From a virus, in IMG/VR virus record IMGVR_UViG_3300027659_000020, positions 1 through 64,000 of that record: 64,000 bases of DNA. One strand, given 5' to 3'. The position numbers were made by a program, and so were the translations under genes. The number at the start of each line of letters is the position of its first letter. The first letter of the stretch is position 1. This document shows, piece by piece, positions 35,497 to 42,977 of this stretch. Below the pieces are notes generated by a model. That model had not been told where the DNA came from, made no database searches, and saw nothing but the letters and a program-made list of their open reading frames with translations.

Positions 35497-37539
35497 ATGA
35501 AGAAACATATGCTCAAGACTCTTGCTGTGGGATTTGGCGTGCTTGCAGCCGCGGCCATTCTGCGAATCTTGGATCCATACCCAATTGAAGTACTTCGTCT
35601 AAAAGGTCTAGATTACTACCAACGAGCGCAAGAAAAGAAGCTATCCGAGAATATCGCGGTTATTGAGATCGACGAGAATGCTCTAGAAGCAAATGGGCAA
35701 TGGCCCTGGAAACGCGATGTACTTGCTGCCGGTATACAACGCGCCGCAGACGCAGGAGCAACAGCAGTAGTTCTGCCCGTCATCTTTGCAGAGCCTGACC
35801 GGCTTGGCGGAGATGTTCAGTTCGTAGAGCAGCTTAATAAAACAGCAGTAATCATTTCTCAGTCTGCATCCCAAAAGGGCAAAGGATATCCAGTGCCTCG
35901 GGGCCTAGCTACTATCGGTGGAGCAGCAGAGGATTGGCTGTTCGACTATCCTGCTGCAATTGGGCCGATTGATGAAATTGGCAAAGCCGCAGCAGGTGTC
36001 GGTATGCTGCTAACAGCACCTGAACTTGATGGCGTGGTACGTCGCCTTCCGCTAATCATACAAGTCAAAGGTGAGAAGTATCCTACTTTACCACTCGAGG
36101 TGCTGCGCGTCTTTGGCGGTGAGGCGAGTAATCAGGCAAAAGTCACAGAAGCTGGTATTGCGGCAGTGCGCGTGGCAGGTATTGCGCCAATTAAGACTGA
36201 TGCTAATGCCAGAGTCTGGCTTAACTTTAAGTATACCTTTTCTTCAGTATCTTACACTGATAAAGACTGGAGCAGTCTAAAGGGTCGTATTGCTATTATT
36301 GCACCGACGGCAGAAGGTCTGGCAAATACTGTAGCATCACCTCTGGGTACTACATACGGTTATGAGGTCAATCTTCATGCATTGCAGATGCTGATTGATG
36401 AGGCGCGTTTGGAACGGCCAGCGGAATTTGATCTTTATGAGCTTGCTGCAGGTGTGCTGATTTGCGCAATAGCAGTAGTGACTATCTGCTATCTGAGTTA
36501 TAAACTTGCCGGGCTGATCTTTGTGCTACTTGCTGCAATTCCCATCGGTATAGGATTCTACCTATTTCACCTCGGATTGCTAGCCGACTATACATGGCTG
36601 ATAATCGCGTTGACAGCAAGCTGGGGATCTGCGCTGTTCATGCGATTCGTGATGGAATTTAAGTTAAAGCAGCAGATTAAAAAGCAGTTTGAGACATACC
36701 TATCGCCAGATCAGGTTGCGCAGTTACAGAAGAATCCAGATGCACTCAAACTCGGAGGTGAGGAACGCGAGCTTTCCATCATGTTCACCGATGTCCGTGG
36801 GTTTACCGCAATCTCTGAGCACTACGGAAAGAACGTCCAGGGACTGACTCAGATCATGAATCGCTACATGACAGCAATGACTAGGTCAATCATTGAGAAG
36901 AAAGGTACTCTCGACAAGTACATCGGCGATGCTCAGATGGCATTCTGGAATGCTCCTCTCGATGACAATTCTCATGCCATTCATGCGGTTGAAACTGGTC
37001 TGGAGATGATGAGAAGTCTGAAGGCTTTTAATGCAGAGATCACTCAGGAAGGTGTCCCGGCTTTTGGTATGGGTCTGGGTATCAACACCGGAACTGTGGT
37101 GGTAGGCAATATGGGATCTGAGCAGCGATTTGACTACACCTGCCTGGGCGATCATGTCAATCTTGCATCACGCCTAGAAGGACAGTCAAAACCGTACGGT
37201 GTGAAGATCGTTCTGGGACCACTTACTCGTGAGCGCGTGAAGGATGTCTATCCTACGCTAGAGCTTGATTGCATCGCAGTAAAAGGTAAGAAAGAAGGCG
37301 TGCGAATCTACACCGTCTTTGACAAAGGCACTCATATCTATCCGGTGAGCCATGATAGCTTTCTGGATCTATATCGTACTCGCGAATGGAATGAAGCAAT
37401 CAGGCTGGCAAAGCACCTTGCTGCTAGTATGGACTTCATGGCTGGATACTACGAGATGATGGTCGAGCGGATTGAGTATCTGCGCGATAATGATCCCGGA
37501 ACAAGTTGGGATACTATTTTTAGAGCCACCTCGAAATAA
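35497..37539 (+). CDS. CHASE2-domain membrane adenylate/guanylate cyclase (class III)
   Basis: GQWPWKR, DGVVRRLP, TM helices, FTDVRGFT, DKYIGDA, GNMGS..RFDYT, GDHVNLASRLE. Confidence 0.93.
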   Translation: MKKHMLKTLAVGFGVLAAAAILRILDPYPIEVLRLKGLDYYQRAQEKKLSENIAVIEIDENALEANGQWPWKRDVLAAGIQRAADAGATAVVLPVIFAEPDRLGGDVQFVEQLNKTAVIISQSASQKGKGYPVPRGLATIGGAAEDWLFDYPAAIGPIDEIGKAAAGVGMLLTAPELDGVVRRLPLIIQVKGEKYPTLPLEVLRVFGGEASNQAKVTEAGIAAVRVAGIAPIKTDANARVWLNFKYTFSSVSYTDKDWSSLKGRIAIIAPTAEGLANTVASPLGTTYGYEVNLHALQMLIDEARLERPAEFDLYELAAGVLICAIAVVTICYLSYKLAGLIFVLLAAIPIGIGFYLFHLGLLADYTWLIIALTASWGSALFMRFVMEFKLKQQIKKQFETYLSPDQVAQLQKNPDALKLGGEERELSIMFTDVRGFTAISEHYGKNVQGLTQIMNRYMTAMTRSIIEKKGTLDKYIGDAQMAFWNAPLDDNSHAIHAVETGLEMMRSLKAFNAEITQEGVPAFGMGLGINTGTVVVGNMGSEQRFDYTCLGDHVNLASRLEGQSKPYGVKIVLGPLTRERVKDVYPTLELDCIAVKGKKEGVRIYTVFDKGTHIYPVSHDSFLDLYRTREWNEAIRLAKHLAASMDFMAGYYEMMVERIEYLRDNDPGTSWDTIFRATSK

Positions 37540-37738
37540 GTATTGTGACATAAGCAGAACGGCTTACTGGTTTAAGCGCGTATTTCATTAGAAAACAATG
37601 TCAGTTTTTGCTAAAAGCACAGTATTTTAAGTCGTTGCTAGTGTGCAACTTAGGAAAATAGCAGCACAAATGCTTATTTTGTTATTTACATTGGTTGGTA
37701 GCCGCAATTGAATATGCGAGTCAGGTGGACAACGCAAA

Positions 37739-38027
37739 ACCAACTTAAACAAAAAACAAAATGAAAATACATCTATCTACTACTCATAGCGACGGCAGCA
37801 TTATTTCGTATTCAGCCAAGGTTGTTAGAGCTTCGGGGGAATACGCCCAACCCAACCTAACATGGGTTGAGATTCCAGCTAGAGTTAGAGCTCTCCGTTT
37901 CCCACCTTACGGCGGGCGACGGTATGTCGCTTTCAAAACATCGACGATCGCGACGCGACGCGACGCGGCGCTCGCCTGATAGCGCAAATAACCCAACGAC
38001 CAACTTAAACAAAAAACAAAATGAAAA
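37739..38027 (+). repeat. 29-bp direct repeat covering two start codons
   Basis: ACCAACTTAAACAAAAAACAAAATGAAAA at 37739-37767 and 37999-38027. Confidence 0.85.
37761..37979 (+). CDS. hypothetical protein
   Basis: starts in repeat copy 1. Confidence 0.55.
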   Translation: MKIHLSTTHSDGSIISYSAKVVRASGEYAQPNLTWVEIPARVRALRFPPYGGRRYVAFKTSTIATRRDAALA

Positions 38028-38290
38028 CCCTAACTCCAGCCTCCCTCAACTTGCTGCTCAATCTCATCGCCGACTCCGGCAATTGGTCAAACATGCCAAT
38101 GCTTGACCTCTCGCCCAGCGAGAAGGGGAATTACACTGACCTAAAGAAACACGGCCTAGTTAAATCTCACCGTGACGAGGGAATTGACTGGTGTAACTTC
38201 AAGTTTACTACCGGGACCATCGTCACTGATGGAACGCGCACCTTTATCCTTGAGGATCACGGTGATTTTTCAGAGTCAAGGGTTGCGTGA
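38021..38290 (+). CDS. hypothetical protein
   Basis: starts in repeat copy 2. Confidence 0.6.
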   Translation: MKTLTPASLNLLLNLIADSGNWSNMPMLDLSPSEKGNYTDLKKHGLVKSHRDEGIDWCNFKFTTGTIVTDGTRTFILEDHGDFSESRVA

Positions 38291-38315
38291 ATCATCATTC
38301 TCTATCTCAATCAAC

Positions 38316-38510
38316 ATGAAAGCTAATCAACTCACTTCCATCAAAATGAATAATACCCAAGTGCTCGCTCCTGCAAATGACGGTAAAATCGGCGAGCCGC
38401 TCGGCGTTTGGCTTCGCCGACTGAATGATAAGGTTATGAGTACCCCGTCCGACCTTGAGGAGATGCTGGCAGTTAAATCTTCAGGCGCGACAGGAATTCT
38501 TTGGAAATAA
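38316..38510 (+). CDS. hypothetical protein
   Basis: ATG at 38316. Confidence 0.45.
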   Translation: MKANQLTSIKMNNTQVLAPANDGKIGEPLGVWLRRLNDKVMSTPSDLEEMLAVKSSGATGILWK

Positions 38511-38521
38511 TAAAACGCAAC

Positions 38522-38992
38522 ATGAAAACACGCACGCGCATGATCCTCAACCGTACCAAGACTTTACTGCTCCTTGGATCAATGCTCGCCGTGGGTTCCT
38601 TTGCTCGCGCTCAGGATACTGACAGAATGATCGTTGCTCTGGCGAAAGTCGAGTCAAATGGCAATGCTGCCGCGGTTGGAGATAACGGTAAGGCCTTCGG
38701 TATCCTCCAGATTCATCTCTCGATGGTACTCGACGCTAACCGCATCGCTAGCACACACTTCACACACCGTGAGATGCTTGATCCAGTAAAAGCTCGTTCT
38801 GTAGCGAAGATTGTGCTAACCTATTACTCTAAACACATTAGTAAAACCACTGGCCGCAATGCAACCAACAAGGAGCTCGCGTTCATCTGGAACGGCGGTG
38901 CGGGCGCATGGAAGCGAGCTAGCGTCCCTATCGATGATGCGAAACAGCGCAACCTCGAGGTATACTGGAACAAGGTCGCTAAAGCCCTCTAA
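38522..38992 (+). CDS. secreted lysozyme-like / lytic transglycosylase
   Basis: signal peptide; VESNGN..AVGDNGKAFGILQI; WNGG; YWNKV. Confidence 0.78.
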   Translation: MKTRTRMILNRTKTLLLLGSMLAVGSFARAQDTDRMIVALAKVESNGNAAAVGDNGKAFGILQIHLSMVLDANRIASTHFTHREMLDPVKARSVAKIVLTYYSKHISKTTGRNATNKELAFIWNGGAGAWKRASVPIDDAKQRNLEVYWNKVAKAL

Positions 38993-38999
38993 TTACATT

Positions 39000-39197
39000 A
39001 TGAATAAAATAATTGTCGGTGATAAAACCGAGAAAACCACGCCCACCTGCCAACAGGAGCTAGCATATGCACGAGCCAAGAAGCTTTCCGAGGCAAGTAA
39101 TGCGCAACTTTCTCTAATCTGCGGAGAACTTACTGCCAAAGAATTCAGGACTATCCGAGCTATTCTAAGCTATATCCTTTTAACTCAATCCGCTTAA
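39000..39197 (+). CDS. hypothetical protein
   Basis: LICGELTAKEFRTIRAIL. Confidence 0.5.
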   Translation: MNKIIVGDKTEKTTPTCQQELAYARAKKLSEASNAQLSLICGELTAKEFRTIRAILSYILLTQSA

Positions 39198-39325
39198 ATG
39201 AAAAAACCAACACCCAGCCTTCGTCTGCCCCTCTGCCACAGTGCCGCGAAAAATATCTTAGTCGAAGAAGTCAGCCGGCGCTGAATACCCACGGGCGCAA
39301 AACCTCTAAATAATAAATACGTTTG

Positions 39326-39466
39326 TTCTTTCAGATGAGCCTACTTCTAGTAAGTAGATCTAGATTATACACCCCGGCCCTCGTTTCATCCATATGCTGA
39401 ACACTATTGGCCTAACTAAAATAAAGCATACTTCAACTCAAATTGAAGTAGGTTCATTTGAAAGAA
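39326..39466 (+). ncRNA. ~140-nt RNA closed by a 22-bp stem
   Basis: TTCTTTCAGATGAGCCTACTTC/GAAGTAGGTTCATTTGAAAGAA with two G-U pairs on + strand; ATAAATA just upstream. Confidence 0.55.
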
Positions 39467-39474
39467 TTTTTTGA

Positions 39475-39502
39475 TTTACATTCCGCCAATTTAAGGTAGA
39501 AT
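39475..39502 (+). promoter_or_regulatory. sigma70-like promoter
   Basis: TTTACA-16-TAGAAT. Confidence 0.6.
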
Positions 39503-39513
39503 GATTCTACATT

Positions 39514-39798
39514 ATGACTAAGACCAAATATGATCGCGAGCAATTGCTCGAACTCCTGCGTGCCAAAGATCCGGTAGTGGTGACATTCACCAAGATCGAC
39601 GGAACTGTTCGTGACCTATACTGCACGCTTAACTTACAACTGATTCCTAAGGATAAAGTTCCGAAGAACACTAAGAAGATCAAGGAGAATCTTACAGTGA
39701 TTCGTGCCTTTGATCTTGGCGAGGCAGATGAATGGCGCTCATTCCGCGTGGATTCTGTCACTGCACACAGCGTCATTCCTCTCATCGAGGCTAGCTAA
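39514..39798 (+). CDS. SH3/Sm-like (WYL_2-type) conserved phage protein
   Basis: VTFTKIDGTVR..CTL...WRSFRVDSV. Confidence 0.8.
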   Translation: MTKTKYDREQLLELLRAKDPVVVTFTKIDGTVRDLYCTLNLQLIPKDKVPKNTKKIKENLTVIRAFDLGEADEWRSFRVDSVTAHSVIPLIEAS

Positions 39799-39808
39799 TA
39801 CTATCAAT

Positions 39809-41002
39809 ATGGCGCGCAACGCAAAAGTTCCGAATACTAGCTACAAGATCCGTGCAACTGATAGCCGCTACACTGGTGATGAGCCAGTGTGGGATGGATG
39901 GTCAAGCTGGGATCTCGAGAAGTTCAAGAACGAGCGCTCTCGCGCCTTTAACTTCTATAACTACTATCTGGATGCAGTACAGACCAAAAGTGCTGTCTCC
40001 GAGTGGATGGAGCACAATGGTTACTCTGCTGACGCTGTTGCTGCTGTAAAGGCTGCTCCAGGTTACTTGCCGGGTATTACTGCTGGCACGCTCTGCATCT
40101 GTATGAATCGCGGCATGCCAGCCGTTCATCCGGATCTGAGTGCCACGCAGATGCCTGATAACTTATTTGTACGCGATGCTCTGGCCGCTGCAATTGCTGC
40201 TGGCCAGAATGCTGAGAAGCAACAGAGCATTCCACAGGCTGAATCTGCACCTGCAGTATCACCCATGGTTTTGCTGCAGGCCAAGGCACAGCGTACTGTC
40301 ATCCTCGATCTAGATGTTCTACTTGATGTCTGGATCAAGACTAAAGGCGAGAAAGTGCAACGCATTGATCTGTATGAGGCAATGAAGCGGCATGATCTAT
40401 CTGCACTAGCTTGCCCAATGGCTGAACGCTGGCTGACACGTCTGCTTGGTGAAATGTTGGCAGCTCGCGATAAAACCGATCCTGACTGCGTGGAAGGTTA
40501 TCGCCTCCTTACTGGCGCCGAGTTGCGCGATAGAATTGCTGCAATTGAGCAGATGCTGGCTGATCTAGGCCGTTATTCCCATGCTGCAAAGGCTACACGA
40601 GCGCCACGCAAGAAGCGAGTCAAGCCTGCAGATAAGCAGATCACCAAGCTCAAGTATCTCAAGGAAGACACTGACTTCAAGATTGCATCGATCAATCCAA
40701 CGCGAGTGGTGGGCGCATATCGTCTGCTTGCATTTAATACAAAGAGGCGCATACTACTTGACTATGTTGCTCAATCCGCTGAAGGTTTCTCGATCAAGGG
40801 TAGTTCCCTGAAGAATGTCGATGAAACGAACAGCCGATGCACTCGTCTCCGTAAACCCAATGAGTTTCTAGAGATCGCATTAAATAATACCGCTAAGCAG
40901 ATTGAAAAGGCATGGGAAAAGCTGACGACCAAGGAAAGCAAACCTAAGGTACGAATCAATGAGGACGTGGTATTGCTGCGCGTCTTTGATAAGAAAGACT
41001 AA
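39809..41002 (+). CDS. conserved T4-like hypothetical protein preceding gp33
   Basis: AFNFYNYY, KLKYLKED, SINPTRVVGA, LRKPNEFL, RINED. Confidence 0.8.
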   Translation: MARNAKVPNTSYKIRATDSRYTGDEPVWDGWSSWDLEKFKNERSRAFNFYNYYLDAVQTKSAVSEWMEHNGYSADAVAAVKAAPGYLPGITAGTLCICMNRGMPAVHPDLSATQMPDNLFVRDALAAAIAAGQNAEKQQSIPQAESAPAVSPMVLLQAKAQRTVILDLDVLLDVWIKTKGEKVQRIDLYEAMKRHDLSALACPMAERWLTRLLGEMLAARDKTDPDCVEGYRLLTGAELRDRIAAIEQMLADLGRYSHAAKATRAPRKKRVKPADKQITKLKYLKEDTDFKIASINPTRVVGAYRLLAFNTKRRILLDYVAQSAEGFSIKGSSLKNVDETNSRCTRLRKPNEFLEIALNNTAKQIEKAWEKLTTKESKPKVRINEDVVLLRVFDKKD

Positions 41003-41078
41003 ATACATCGATCACCGACTATTTTATTATTTACAAGTTCCGCACTATGATGTATTATCTATATTCTTGAAACTACTA

Positions 41079-41306
41079 ATGTTAGACAATATTTTAACTA
41101 AAACCACATTAACTCAACGAGTAGAAGAACTTGTTTCTCTTGAGAAGATGTCCTATATCGAAGCTATGCTTTATGTCTGCAATGAGCATGGAATAGATCC
41201 TGCTGACATCAGTAAGCTAATTGTTCCTTCGATCAAATCTAAAATTGAAGCTGAAGCAATGGCTGTCAATCTTCTTCCTAAGTCAAACTCTCTGAAATTT
41301 TCCTGA
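41079..41306 (+). CDS. 33: late transcription coactivator gp33
   Basis: SYIEAMLYVC..GID..LIVPSIKSKIEAEA..NLLP; synteny with 59 and 32. Confidence 0.85.
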   Translation: MLDNILTKTTLTQRVEELVSLEKMSYIEAMLYVCNEHGIDPADISKLIVPSIKSKIEAEAMAVNLLPKSNSLKFS

Positions 41307-41315
41307 TAAGCGGGT

Positions 41316-41942
41316 ATGATCGTGAAACCTTTTGAGGCATATCAAATATATACAGCGGTAAAGCTGCATTTTGAGTCCGAATCATATGATGCTCTAAAGT
41401 ACAACTTCAGGACTAATGCTACGCAGAAGTCGTTTCTTAACAGACGGGATCGCTTTCACTTTGCTAAGCTTGCGAAGAAGTATCCCGAACAAAAAACCTT
41501 GGTCAACTTTCTAGTTGCTAATTTCGTCAAACACGGAAAAGGCAAATGGGCTGGTGACCTTCTTGACGGCACAGCGGAGGAAGTATACCGAGACTGGCTT
41601 AAAAGGCGAGACTCGTTCTCATATTACTTCACTGAGCAAGTCAATGTCATTGCGGCATTCAGTGAGAAAAACAATTACTCATTTGAGCAGTTATTTGCTC
41701 GAATTGGTAATCGCACTTATCCCACAATCGTCTTCCTGGCGGAGAGTGGATCGATCTCAATCGACACACTCACCGTCTTTGACGAGCTACTCAACTTTAT
41801 GAAGCATCAGAACGTAACAGAGACGATCTTCTGGCCGGAGTTTGAGAAGTCAATTCGCAAGTATAGGCCTTTCCTGCGTCAAAACGTGGACCTCAAAAAG
41901 TGTAAACAAATTGCACTAAAAAGGTTTGCAAACGCCGGATGA
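41316..41942 (+). CDS. 59: helicase loader gp59
   Basis: YQIYTAVKLHF..YDALKYN..FLNRRDRFHFAKL. Confidence 0.88.
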   Translation: MIVKPFEAYQIYTAVKLHFESESYDALKYNFRTNATQKSFLNRRDRFHFAKLAKKYPEQKTLVNFLVANFVKHGKGKWAGDLLDGTAEEVYRDWLKRRDSFSYYFTEQVNVIAAFSEKNNYSFEQLFARIGNRTYPTIVFLAESGSISIDTLTVFDELLNFMKHQNVTETIFWPEFEKSIRKYRPFLRQNVDLKKCKQIALKRFANAG

Positions 41943-41981
41943 TAGCATACAATACGTTAACCATACTAAACACATACTAAA

Positions 41982-42920
41982 ATGTCATTCGCAGATCTAA
42001 AAAATAATCGCTCAGCAAATAACATCGCGCACCTGCAATCGCAGGCGGCTAAAGCGGTCGGAAACGGTGAGAAGTCCTATAAGGACGACACACTCTGGGC
42101 TCCAACGGTGGACAAAGCTGGTAACGGCTATGCAGTGATCCGCTTTCTTCCTGCTGGTAAAGGCGAGGAACTTCCATGGGTTCGTTACTGGAATCATGGA
42201 TTCAAGGGTTCCACTGGTAAGTGGTACATCGAGAATTCATTAACATCCATCGGTCAAAAGGATCCAGTTGCCGAGCTTAATTCAAAGCTTTGGAACTCAG
42301 GCCTTGATTCCGATAAGGAGCTTGCTCGCGAGCGCAAACGTCGGTTACACTATGTCGCCAATATCATGGTGATCTCTGATCCTTCAAACCCGAGTAATGA
42401 TGGAAAGGTGTTCCGCTACAAGTTCGGTAAGAAGATCTTTGATAAGATCCTGGACTTGATGCAGCCACAATTCCAGGACGAGAAACCAGTTAATCCGTTT
42501 GACTTCTGGACGGGTGCTGACCTTAAACTCAAGATTCGTAATGTTGAGGGATACCGCAACTACGACAAATCTGAGTTCTCGGCTCCCACGCAGTTGTTTG
42601 CAGGCGATGAAGCCAAGCTCGAGGCAGTTTACAATCAACTGCATCCTTTGGCTGAGTTTATTGACCCTAAGAGCTACAAGTCATACGATGAGCTTTCTCG
42701 TAAGCTCAGTGATGTGCTGGGTGAATCGGGCCAGGTGCTCAGCACTGCTGAACGCACTCAACTCGATGAGACTACACCTGCTCCGCGCAAAGCCGCTGCT
42801 GACGCTTCTGCACCTCGCGAGGCTGCTCCTGCTCATAAGGCTGCAGTTCAGGCAGACAGTGATGAAGCTGGCGATGAGGATACACTGAGTTACTTCGCTA
42901 AGCTTGCGAAGGAAGACTGA
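41982..42920 (+). CDS. 32: single-stranded DNA-binding protein gp32
   Basis: DKAGNGYAVIRFLP, WYIENS, FGKKIFDKI, NPFDFW, YRNYDKSEF. Confidence 0.96.
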   Translation: MSFADLKNNRSANNIAHLQSQAAKAVGNGEKSYKDDTLWAPTVDKAGNGYAVIRFLPAGKGEELPWVRYWNHGFKGSTGKWYIENSLTSIGQKDPVAELNSKLWNSGLDSDKELARERKRRLHYVANIMVISDPSNPSNDGKVFRYKFGKKIFDKILDLMQPQFQDEKPVNPFDFWTGADLKLKIRNVEGYRNYDKSEFSAPTQLFAGDEAKLEAVYNQLHPLAEFIDPKSYKSYDELSRKLSDVLGESGQVLSTAERTQLDETTPAPRKAAADASAPREAAPAHKAAVQADSDEAGDEDTLSYFAKLAKED

Positions 42921-42949
42921 TCCTAACTAAAAACAGTTAACTCAATACT

Positions 42950-42977
42950 GAGTGGATCTTAATTGATCCACTCTTTT
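42950..42977. terminator. terminator between convergent genes
   Basis: GAGTGGATC-TTAATT-GATCCACTC-TTTT. Confidence 0.75.
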
